A stretch of DNA of 56,378 bases, taken from assembly GCF_029242675.1 (NCBI RefSeq), contig NZ_JAQWTM010000131.1, positions 1 to 56,378 of the forward strand, given 5' to 3'. Origin of the DNA: Flavobacterium sp. GTDB lineage: Bacteria; Bacteroidota; Bacteroidia; Flavobacteriales; Flavobacteriaceae. Positions within the stretch are counted from its first letter, which is position 1. Every line of letters begins with the position of its first letter. Shown here in pieces: positions 49,201-56,378 of the stretch. Under the pieces are notes generated by a model. It saw only the letters and a list, made by a program, of their open reading frames with translations, had not been told where the DNA came from and searched no databases. Position numbers and translations under genes: made by a program.

Positions 49201-52200
49201 AGCTAATTACCGCGGCTGATTGCCCTGATATGGCACTTCCGCCATTTATAGTGTAACTGTAAGTACTTACAAAATTATCTACCGTAAACGATACAGCACC
49301 TGTACTGTCTCCTTTACAGGCTACATCACTTTCTACTTGTCCTGTAACTGTGATATTAACTACATCATCAACCGTGTAGTATTGCTCATCGGTACATCCG
49401 TTAGCATCCGTAACTTGGAATAAATAAGTTCCTGCTGCTAATGAATCAAATACACCTGAACTAGCTCCCGAAGTATTTGTAGTAGCCGAAGCCGGTTCAA
49501 GAATAGCATAACTAAGCGTTCCTACTCCGTTAGAGGTAGCAACCGTAACCGTACTAGTTTGACTAGAAATTGGTAAACAATAAATAGGTGTTCCTGTGAT
49601 TCCTGTTATAACTGGAGGATCAAGAGCATCGACAATTGTTGTCACTGCTGTCGCAAATGTGCAGCCGTTAGCATCTTTAGCTATAACACTAACCGTTCCA
49701 GAGCTATTAGTGACAAATGTATTACTTGAGGTAAATCCTTGACCGTTAAAATTAAATTGGTAAGGACCTGTACCACCAGCACCTAAAGCTGTCACCGTTG
49801 CTGCTTGCGTTGCATTTCCTGCACCGCATGATAGTCCAGTTGTTACGCTAATGCTTGCAGAGACCACTGCTGGCTCACTAATAGTAATTGCTGTCGCTGC
49901 TGCAGAGGTACATCCTTTTGCATCTGTGACAACTACCGTGTAAGAACCTGCTGGTAGACCACTATAAACTCCGCTAGAGTCACCAGAATTATTTGTTCCT
50001 GTTCCACTCAAAACATAGCTATACGGTGCTACTCCATTTGCAGCGGTAAAGGTGATGGTTCCATCCGCACCACCATTACAAGTTACATCAATTTTTGTTG
50101 ATGTAAATGTTGGTGTTGCTGGTGTAGTTACTTCAACCGTATTTGTGGTTACAGAACATGCTGGTGAAGCACTGTCTGAAATTGTGAAAGAGTATGTGCC
50201 TACTGTTCCTACGGAAGCTGAGTATACTGGTCCAGCAACTGCCGAAACTGGCGCTCCTGTTGGCACTCCATTTAATATCGTTTGAACAGTATATGGTCCA
50301 ACTCCGCCCGAAATTGTTACATCAATCGTAGCATTAATCGGAGCTGCGCAATACAAATCTTTGGTTAATACTGCATTGGCTAACAATTGCGGTTGGATGG
50401 TATAATTAACAAAAGCTTCGCAACCATTGTCATCTTTAATTCCTAAAACATACGTTCCTGCGGCTGTAAATGTTGCCGTTGAAGTTGCTAATGCCACACC
50501 ATCTACAGTGTAGAACTTAGTTCCACCATATACGCTAGTTACTGTGTCTAGATCAACTGTTAAAGCAGATCCAACAAAACATTGTGCTACTGGGGCTGTA
50601 ATAGTTGGTGGTACATTGTTATCAATCGTTACGCTTCGTATCGCGATACAACCATTTGCATCTTTTACATATACATCCCAAGTTAAAATAGTACCGTTGC
50701 TGGTATCTACCGCGCGTATTGAACTGTTACTGTACGCTGTTGGTGCTACTGCTCCGCCAGCAACCACTGCGTAGCTGTATATTCCTGTGCCACCTGTCAC
50801 ACCGCTTACAGTAATTTGTGAAATATATTGTGAACAATATACTTTAGTAGCTGTCAATGTGAAATCAATTGGATCTGGCTCTGTTATCGTAATTGATGCA
50901 TCTGCTTCACACAAAGTTGTATTATCGGTAACCGTAACCGTATAAGTTCCTACTGATAAACCTGTTAGGGTTATCACATCACCAGAAGCTGTTTGTGCAA
51001 ATGGTAAGCCTGCTGGAACACTAGTTACAGCAATAGAATAATTTCCTGTGCTACTAAATCCGGTTACCGTAAAAGTAGCCGAACCATTAGCTGTACCTGC
51101 ATTAGCTGGATTACACGTAATGTCATTTACAAGTGCACTTACAATAGCTATAGGCGTTACTGCCACTACTGTAAATAACTCTTGGTATGTACAACCGTTC
51201 TCGTCTGTTACTTGGAATACGTAATCTCCTGGAGGCAAGCCTGCAAAACTTGCTGCTGTCCCACTTCCTGCAGTAGTTACTGTAGGATATAGCGTAGTTG
51301 CCGTTCCATTAAAAGATAGAATATCAAAATCCAATGCACCCAATCCTCCAGTAGCCGTAACTTCAACCGTAGCTGTATTGGCTGGACATGTTGGTGCTGT
51401 GGTTACTACAAAATCTAAATCGGTCGGTGGTGTTAGTGCTGGAGTAATTACAGCCTTTGAGGCTGTCTCACAACCATTAGCGTCCTTTACAGTATAATTT
51501 ACGGTAGTAGCCGTATTTGTATTATTTACTGTGTATGTATTATCCGTAGTGTAACCTAAGCCCTCAAAATTATAAGTGTAACCGGTTAATACTCCCGATG
51601 GTGTTCCTCCATTAGCGGAAACTGTAATTACAGTAGTAGTACTACAGCTTGTATTGGGTGTAAAAGTATCCGTAGCTGTTAAAATAGCAGGCTCATCAAC
51701 TGTCAATGGACCGCTTAAATAGGTACAACCATTAGAATCAGTTACTGTTACTTCATAAGTGGTACCATATGACAACCCTGTGTAAATACCACTTGCATCT
51801 CCAGTAGTATTTGCAGGTGTACTGGCTAAAGTATAGGTAAATGGACCTACGCCTCCTGTAACGTCCACAGTTATCGTTCCATCGCTGTCACCATTACAAC
51901 TTACATCTGTAAGTGTAGGGGTAAGTGTTGGTACAGGAATTGCGTCTAGTGTGATGCTGGCTGTTGTTGTACACGAGGTAGCATTATTGGCATCTGTTAC
52001 CGTAAAGACATACGTTCCTGCTGCTGTCGCAGTATATGGATTAAGTGCTGCTACATTGGCTGCGCCATTAAACGAAACTTCATAGGTATAACTAGCAGTT
52101 GGATTTGTATTTCCTCCCGTGGTTGTTATTCTGATTTCTGCATCTGGAGTTGCAGTACAATCTAATGGCTTGGTCAATGTAGCCGTTGCTGCTAATTGTG

Positions 52201-55200
52201 GATACACAATGTAATCTATATTTGCAGTACAGCCATTGCCGTCTTTGATCACTAAATTGTACGTAGCCGCAGCGTTGAATGTAAAATCAGTACTTGTCTG
52301 GAAAGCACTTCCGTTGATACTATAAGTAGCTGCGCCTACTACTGCTGGATCTACCGTTCCTGATATAGTTATAGTAAAGTCTGTACCGTCATAGCATATT
52401 GGTGCTGGAGTGTTAATCGTTGGCTCTGCATCTGCAAATACCGTTACGGTATCAAACTTTATACAACCGTAAGCATCCTTAGCGTACACATAATAAAGTA
52501 TTCCAGCAATTGAGCCTGGCCTTGTAAAGGTATTTCCAGAAACCCAATTTGTATCTGAAGCTAGTGGCGGTGTAGCCGAAGTGGTAACTTGATACATATA
52601 CGGTCCTGTTCCATCTTTGGCTTCTGCCGAAATGATACCCTGATCTGTACAGTTTGAGTTTTTAATTAATGTTGCTGTTACCGATAATAATACGGGCGAT
52701 TCTTTGATACTGAAATTTATAGAAGTATTACCACAGCCTGCATTAGGTCCTGAAGTTTCTCTAACATAAACGTAATAACTGCCCACCCCTAGTGTAATAG
52801 GTATATTTGGAACAGTAACCGTGCTTGAAGCAGCTACTGTAAATGTTCCAGAAAGATATTGAGATATATTGGTAAACGCTTCAAATATTTCATAAGTGTA
52901 GTCAACAGATGCCGCACTTGAATTCGCTACATCAAACGATACATTTCCATCAGCACTTCCTGTACACGTGATGTTTTTGGGAACTACGTTAGCGACTGTA
53001 AGAGATGAATTTGAAGGAACTGGAGTAGCCGCAGTTTCATAATAATAACAATTGGTCGCTTCGTCATAAACGATAAAAGTATAGGTCACTCCTGGCAGTA
53101 GGCCAGTAAAAGTTGTTCCTTTAGAACCCGCAGGACTTTCTCCTTGCCATCCAGCAGTTCCATCAGCTGTCCAAACTTGGCCTGGACCGTTGTAGATATT
53201 GAAATGAAAAGGTCCAGAGCTCGCTAAAGGCCCAGCAACTTTAACTGTTGCTGTACCGCCGGTTGTACAATCAACAGTGCTATTAATTACAATGTCTAAA
53301 TCTTTTGGATCTGATGCAACAAGTACGTCATTTATAATTTGTTGACACCCATTGGCATCCACAACTCTTATTTGATAGAAACCAAAATCTACAACATCAA
53401 AGGTGGTTGAAAAATCTCCAGTAGGATTAGCTTCCATCATGTTATAGCCATTAATACCGGTCACATAGTAGGTATACCCTGGAGTTCCACCTGAGCCACC
53501 AACGGTACTTACACCATCTGTAATTTTATTAATAATAATAGAGCCTTTTGAAAGACCAGCAGCACCACATTGAATTGGAATTACAGTAAGGTCAATAAAA
53601 ATCGGCGTTGGTTGTGCAATGATAATACTATCTGTGTCTATACATCCTTTAGCATCTCTAAGTGTAACGGTATAGGTTCCTGCCACTAATCCTGTAAAGG
53701 TATCTGAAGTTTGAAAAGTAGTTCCATCAATACTGTATTGAAATGGTGCCACACCTTGAGTAGCATCAATTGTAACTTTAAAAGCACCAGTTGCATCCCC
53801 ATTACATTTAATAGTTTGGGTTTGTGCTATGCCAGTAATATCTGGCTTTACCGGCGTTGTGATAACAATAGCCGTAGTTGTACTTGCGGTGCATGAATTA
53901 CCGCTAGTATCTGTTACCGTAAAGGTATAACTATCTGGGGTACTTGTAGTAAATACATTCCCAGCAAATGTTCCTGTTGCAGGACTACTTGTATAAGTAT
54001 AGCTTCCGTTTCCTCCAACTGCATTCAATGTAATTTGAGCAGCAGCAGGCAAGCTACACGTAATATCTTTGTCTAAAACCGCACTTAACGTTAATCTAGG
54101 ATTTACCGTTACGGTATTACTTGTAGCAATACAACCGTTTCCATCTTTCATTAAGATTATATAAGTACCTGCCGTTGTAACTGTAAATGTGTTTACTGCT
54201 TGGTATGAAGCGCCGTTGTTAATACTGTACGTTATAGGAGTAACTATTCCTGAGACTGGCGTAGTTGTATTGTTGGCAGTTATCGTGTATGTTCCCGCTC
54301 CTAAACACTGTCCAGCAGCTGAGGCAGTAACTGTTGGCGTTGGGTCACTTGCAATTGTAATTGGCAATCTAAAAGTACAATTGTTGGCATCAATAATATG
54401 AGCATACCAACTTGTACTTGTCGTTGGATTTAAATTAGCCACATTACTAGCTCCATACGTTCCAGGAGTAGTGCTAGAAGTAACAAATGAATAGCGGTAA
54501 CTTGCTGTTCCTCCTGCTACCGTAACTGTTACTCTAGCTGTAGGGATATTACAATTAGCATTCACCGTAGTATAGGTTGCTGATAATGCTGCCGCTGGCT
54601 GATTAATCGTAATAGAAGTTGAGGAAGTACAAGTTGTAGTATTATCTGTAAATACTACAGCATATGTTCCCGCTGCTAAGCCTGTTAAATTAAAATTGCT
54701 AGCTGTTTGACCTGTTACTGGAGCACCACCATTTACAGTGTAGCTGTATGTTCCCGACCCAAAGCCACTCACATTATAACGAATAGAACCTGTACTATTT
54801 CCAAAACAATCAACATCCGTTAATTTAGTAGCAGTTGCCACAATTGGTGTTACTGGAGCAATAGTGTATGATTCAGAATAATAACATCCATTCGCATCGA
54901 TTACTCTAAAGACATAAGTACCTGGAGTAAGTCCTGTAAAATTACCCGTTGAAGCTCCTGTAGCATTCACTACGGGACCTGATACTATGCTGTATGCTAA
55001 AGGAGCTACTCCAGCCGTAGCGGTTAATTGTACCGAAATACTTGTAGTGGAACATGTTATTGGTCCTGATGGTACAAAGTCTAAATCAGTTGGTGGGTTT
55101 AGACGCAATAATTTCCCTAATCCACTTATTAAACAACCTTTCGCATCTTTTACGGTATAGGTATAATCTTGATCTGAACCATTGTCATTTAAAGTCAAAA

Positions 55201-56378
55201 CATTACTACCTGTAAATGCTCCACCGTTTAAACTATAAGTGTAAGGTGCTGTTCCTGCTGTGGCATTTATAGTTATCGTTCCTGCTACTTTAGCATTAGT
55301 TGTGCTACAACTAAAAGGAACTTCAACTACAGTGGCAGCTAAAGCATTGGCTGGTTGTGTAATAGTAACACTTACCGCTCCTGTACAGCTTTTGCTGTCT
55401 TTTACATAAAAAGTGTAAGTTCCAGCTGCTAGTCCTGAAAAAGTAGCCGTTGATACATAAGTACTATTGTCACTGCTGTACGTATATCCGCCTGAACCTC
55501 CTGCGCCTGTTAGCGTAACTGATCCGTCTGATCCTGCGTTACAACTTACATTAATTTGTACTGCTGTTACCGTAGGAAGTGTTATTGGTGCTACAGTAAT
55601 AGTTGTTGTTGCTGAACAACTATTGGCGTCAGTAACTGATACAGTATAGGTATCAGCAGCTGCTCCAGTATAGGTAATTGTTGGTCCTGTAATGCCACTA
55701 CCTGTTGCTACTGTTGTACCAACTCCGTTAGCAATGGTATAATTATAATTGGCTTTTCCACCAGTTATTGTTGTTGTTATTGTTGCATTTGGGCCAGCGG
55801 TATTACAATCTAATGTTTTGGTACCTGCCCCTATAAGACTCAATTTTGGATAAACAGTGATTGGCGTTGCCGCTGCTGTACATCCGTTTTTATCTTTAAT
55901 GTACACAGTATATGTTCCTGCTGGTACGGTGAAGGTTGGATTTGTTTGAAAAGCTCCTGTTGGACCACCTATGCCGTAGCTTACTGGTGTTAAACTAGCA
56001 GCCGTTGGTGTAGCAGTTATTGTAAATGAACTTCCTGATCCAGTACATTGATTGTCTACTACAACCGAGACACCTGGCAAAGGATCCCTTACTACGTTTA
56101 TGGTTGTAAATGTGATACATCCGTTAGCATCTTTTGCATACACATCCCAAACTAGATCAGTTCCTGAGTTAGTATTCACTACTACTGGATTAACTCCAAA
56201 TGTAGTAGGTGCTGTTGCAGTTGTTTTAACAGCAGCATACGTATAATTAGCTGTTCCGCCAGTAGCAGTAGCAGTAATTTGAGAGTTGAAATTGTTACAA
56301 TTAACGTTAGTAGCAACCGCTGTTAGCGCTAAAGCTGAAGGTTGCGCAATTGTAATAGATGCACTTGCAGGACAACCC
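43289..56378 (-). CDS. sprB: Gliding-motility adhesin SprB, C-terminal >4360 aa (5' end outside window)
   Basis: Dozens of C.G...G....GG..PY.Y...L.AGTY...V.DANGC repeats and a type B T9SS CTD (PNYFTPNDD..MDTW...IFDRYG...WDG...LPSGDYWY...GHFTLYR). The frame stays open from 56179 to the window end (GCPASASITIAQP...). Confidence 0.93.
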   Translation of the reverse strand, partial: GCPASASITIAQPSALALTAVATNVNCNNFNSQITATATGGTANYTYAAVKTTATAPTTFGVNPVVVNTNSGTDLVWDVYAKDANGCITFTTINVVRDPLPGVSVVVDNQCTGSGSSFTITATPTAASLTPVSYGIGGPTGAFQTNPTFTVPAGTYTVYIKDKNGCTAAATPITVYPKLSLIGAGTKTLDCNTAGPNATITTTITGGKANYNYTIANGVGTTVATGSGITGPTITYTGAAADTYTVSVTDANSCSATTTITVAPITLPTVTAVQINVSCNAGSDGSVTLTGAGGSGGYTYSSDNSTYVSTATFSGLAAGTYTFYVKDSKSCTGAVSVTITQPANALAATVVEVPFSCSTTNAKVAGTITINATAGTAPYTYSLNGGAFTGSNVLTLNDNGSDQDYTYTVKDAKGCLISGLGKLLRLNPPTDLDFVPSGPITCSTTSISVQLTATAGVAPLAYSIVSGPVVNATGASTGNFTGLTPGTYVFRVIDANGCYYSESYTIAPVTPIVATATKLTDVDCFGNSTGSIRYNVSGFGSGTYSYTVNGGAPVTGQTASNFNLTGLAAGTYAVVFTDNTTTCTSSTSITINQPAAALSATYTTVNANCNIPTARVTVTVAGGTASYRYSFVTSSTTPGTYGASNVANLNPTTSTSWYAHIIDANNCTFRLPITIASDPTPTVTASAAGQCLGAGTYTITANNTTTPVSGIVTPITYSINNGASYQAVNTFTVTTAGTYIILMKDGNGCIATSNTVTVNPRLTLSAVLDKDITCSLPAAAQITLNAVGGNGSYTYTSSPATGTFAGNVFTTSTPDSYTFTVTDTSGNSCTASTTTAIVITTPVKPDITGIAQTQTIKCNGDATGAFKVTIDATQGVAPFQYSIDGTTFQTSDTFTGLVAGTYTVTLRDAKGCIDTDSIIIAQPTPIFIDLTVIPIQCGAAGLSKGSIIINKITDGVSTVGGSGGTPGYTYYVTGINGYNMMEANPTGDFSTTFDVVDFGFYQIRVVDANGCQQIINDVLVASDPKDLDIVINSTVDCTTGGTATVKVAGPLASSGPFHFNIYNGPGQVWTADGTAGWQGESPAGSKGTTFTGLLPGVTYTFIVYDEATNCYYYETAATPVPSNSSLTVANVVPKNITCTGSADGNVSFDVANSSAASVDYTYEIFEAFTNISQYLSGTFTVAASSTVTVPNIPITLGVGSYYVYVRETSGPNAGCGNTSINFSIKESPVLLSVTATLIKNSNCTDQGIISAEAKDGTGPYMYQVTTSATPPLASDTNWVSGNTFTRPGSIAGILYYVYAKDAYGCIKFDTVTVFADAEPTINTPAPICYDGTDFTITISGTVDPAVVGAATYSINGSAFQTSTDFTFNAAATYNLVIKDGNGCTANIDYIVYPQLAATATLTKPLDCTATPDAEIRITTTGGNTNPTASYTYEVSFNGAANVAALNPYTATAAGTYVFTVTDANNATSCTTTASITLDAIPVPTLTPTLTDVSCNGDSDGTITVDVTGGVGPFTYTLASTPANTTGDASGIYTGLSYGTTYEVTVTDSNGCTYLSGPLTVDEPAILTATDTFTPNTSCSTTTVITVSANGGTPSGVLTGYTYNFEGLGYTTDNTYTVNNTNTATTVNYTVKDANGCETASKAVITPALTPPTDLDFVVTTAPTCPANTATVEVTATGGLGALDFDILSFNGTATTLYPTVTTAGSGTAASFAGLPPGDYVFQVTDENGCTYQELFTVVAVTPIAIVSALVNDITCNPANAGTANGSATFTVTGFSSTGNYSIAVTSVPAGLPFAQTASGDVITLTGLSVGTYTVTVTDNTTLCEADASITITEPDPIDFTLTATKVYCSQYISQITVSGVTGGTGIYSYAVVAGGAVAPTAYSNSSIRAVDTSNGTILTWDVYVKDANGCIAIRSVTIDNNVPPTITAPVAQCFVGSALTVDLDTVTSVYGGTKFYTVDGVALATSTATFTAAGTYVLGIKDDNGCEAFVNYTIQPQLLANAVLTKDLYCAAPINATIDVTISGGVGPYTVQTILNGVPTGAPVSAVAGPVYSASVGTVGTYSFTISDSASPACSVTTNTVEVTTPATPTFTSTKIDVTCNGGADGTITFTAANGVAPYSYVLSGTGTNNSGDSSGVYSGLPAGSYTVVVTDAKGCTSAAATAITISEPAVVSASISVTTGLSCGAGNATQAATVTALGAGGTGPYQFNFNGQGFTSSNTFVTNSSGTVSVIAKDANGCTFATAVTTIVDALDPPVITGITGTPIYCLPISSQTSTVTVATSNGVGTLSYAILEPASATTNTSGASSGVFDSLAAGTYLFQVTDANGCTDEQYYTVDDVVNITVTGQVESDVACKGDSTGAVSFTVDNFVSTYSYTINGGSAISGQSAAVISLTGLAVGSQQIVVTDETSLCTATFTVTVSEPAIALSVVATLDKNANCNTGAVVSAVASNGTAGYTYAFALASAGAPAAGDYTAASTVVLDPLLGINWIAYTKDANGCIAQDAITLLIDPLPTITSLPNVCFQGAPITITINGSGVGPLQYSIGNGYQPSADFVLNAAGTYQLYVQDANGCIVQETYTLLPQLLLDATLTQDLTCDVDASITLTASQGSAPYTLYEVTTDGTTFTAITAPVSPYVVTVDGTYQFRVTDSQGCQALSQAVIVTAKTSPTFSTTKTDVTCIGGNNGVITVTAANGIAPYSYAINGGTPQSSNVFPNLVAGTYTIEVKDAKGCFPATQDVIIAEPTAIAANIAVTTALSCGAGNATQAAVVTVTVTTGTGTAPYQYSFDGGANYQDDNTFTTSTAGTVTAYVRDANGCNIAAPVSVDVDALDPPVITGITGTPIYCLPIASQTSTVTVATSNGVGTLSFAILEPASATTNTSGASSGVFNMLAAGTYLFQVTDANGCTDEQYYTVDDVVNITVTGQVIKNVACVGDANGEIEFKVANYSGTYSVALSPSSGTLSQSGDTVTVTGLLAGTYTLRVTDNVTNCFSEATVIVNEPTALNLTEVLNVNATCTTDARVTVAANGGTPPYLYAFVPSTVTPVSTDYTDATTASLDKTIANWNVYVKDNNNCVTILPVVIATDPLPSGITISGLSQCPSATNDYTFTVNVASGVGPYQYSIGAGFQTSPSFTVTNTGVYNVTVKDANECEVIIPALVSILAPLDLSAIVTTLPSCNVNDGVVDATVSGGSGSGNYQFSIDGGTQFTADSYSFTGLAPGLHTVLVRDVVTGCTDQLTVNLESATIVTGLSLATTPVSCFGGNNGSITATIATPSAGINDNPVYTYALNGTTVGGATVTVVASPSNVFDDLQAGTYTVTVTSARGCTATATIDVVEPVIITVPAPVVTQFACVAGTNASNYASISVSNVAGGSGTYVIYEFIKGSTVVQRGPETVYIESNYAGGLYTVNVYDTNNCVGSTTNSISIAAYTALDKISVIVDRPITCNNLEDITATAVDAAGNPITGIQYTLVDDLGTISVVNSTGVFTNLNIGNYIITALTTATNCSVQTVHYINEPNTFILQAVKTADVVCFGSNEGAATITLIDTQTNPMNDAGAFTYTVSGPTPSSGTSAVAGPLNLTGLTAGEYTITARLDNTPFCTVSTIFSINQPVQALEITETHTAITCIAGNNDGSIVVTATGGWPGEYQYEVLKDGFLFSPYSDKTDYNDLVAGSYTINVKDSKGCVDSVIVDLVVPTPISLTVTPATQLLLCLGDETGTVEATMVNGGQGSNYTYTLNYLSLNPVVSSGPQQSPLFANLGAGSYSITVTDGYNCSTESASVVINEPTEVKADLVLSRTPTCLSSAQITLTASGGTAPYRYSADNINFIPFTSGGSTTLNVGPGTYSYYVKDSNDCVAFLSNDIEVEAVPVLTVALDLSNAKVNCFNDDKGVIVAKATGGLGNYVYTLYNGSGLAIIPAPTQSVPGRFDGLRAGFYQVRVQSGSDCSVSSAVEEVKQPVAPISFTPTITNVSCFGGNDGRIEIVATGGTGQIIYSISPDSNQFFTTGVFDKLAAGNYQIVIQDEAGCYETYNFRINEPPILRANLVANSIIPEICSGDKDGSFSIEIQGGTAPYKVSLDNRTGTYTQGTIGQSEFDFIDISGGKHTVYFVDAAGCNSEIEVILPDAVLITPVADLIYDCVDNKQANRVIVTYDNSNDPVDLDFDLDGSGNYQASNVFNDLAPGSHFINVRHTNGCTQSTIPFTVDAVAPLSLVIADGDLNQIKASAAGGAGGYEYSFDGESFSNQDTFVFYKSGNYTVIVRDKNGCTATVNRDFTYIDICIPNYFTPNDDTVMDTWAPGCTINYPNLTFAIFDRYGREIARLRLGDKWDGKYKGAELPSGDYWYVLKLNNNKDDREFVGHFTLYR
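47604..47903. repeat. 300-bp intragenic direct repeat, copy A
   Basis: Aligns without gaps to 49335-49634, with 19 mismatches by hand count. Confidence 0.95.
49335..49634. repeat. 300-bp intragenic direct repeat, copy B
   Basis: Aligns without gaps to 47604-47903. Offset is 1731 bp (577 codons). Confidence 0.95.

Noticed and set aside
56177-56179. GTG start of the 4296-aa ORF
   Set aside because: The frame is open to the window end and there is no signal peptide. The true start lies outside the window.
1572-56246. About 30 short (60-110 aa) ORFs in the track that overlap long genes, e.g. 2435-2719, 5317-5601, 24971-25303, 50052-50285
   Set aside because: They are antisense or off-frame shadows of well-supported genes and have no recognisable motifs.
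43289-56378. Repetitive sequence as a CRISPR array, DGR or invertible cassette
   Set aside because: The repeats are in-frame protein-domain repeats, with no spacers, reverse transcriptase, Cas or recombinase genes.

Overview
AT-rich Flavobacterium-like (Bacteroidota) chromosomal window with four blocks. (1) Heme biosynthesis cluster: hemA-hemC-hemD-hemE(5' fragment), divergent from an AraC regulator and hemH-MATE-hemJ-histidine kinase-enoyl-CoA hydratase. (2) A ~20 kb co-oriented exopolysaccharide locus (10128-30686): Hpt, ugd, stand-alone response regulator, receiver-fused priming glycosyl-phosphate transferase, half-size TolC-like protein, Wzc-like co-polymerase with degenerate kinase motifs, Wzx, Wzy-like protein, PRTase-HAD fusion, four glycosyltransferases, acyltransferase, YVTN propeller and LruC-type lipoprotein. 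(3) Housekeeping and envelope genes: HD hydrolase, acyl-ACP desaturase, PlsC, rnpA, S41 protease, OmpA, ElaA, MltD, pgk. (4) sprF and the 3' ~13 kb of the giant gliding adhesin sprB. The best candidate for an undescribed system is the EPS locus. It has no recognisable Wza/OPX gene but has a single-repeat TolC-like protein, it carries phosphorelay parts fused to the initiating enzyme, and it encodes a PRTase-HAD protein that could add ribofuranose. No rRNA, tRNA, CRISPR array, transposase or integrase was recognised. All family calls come from motif recognition by eye, not from database searches.
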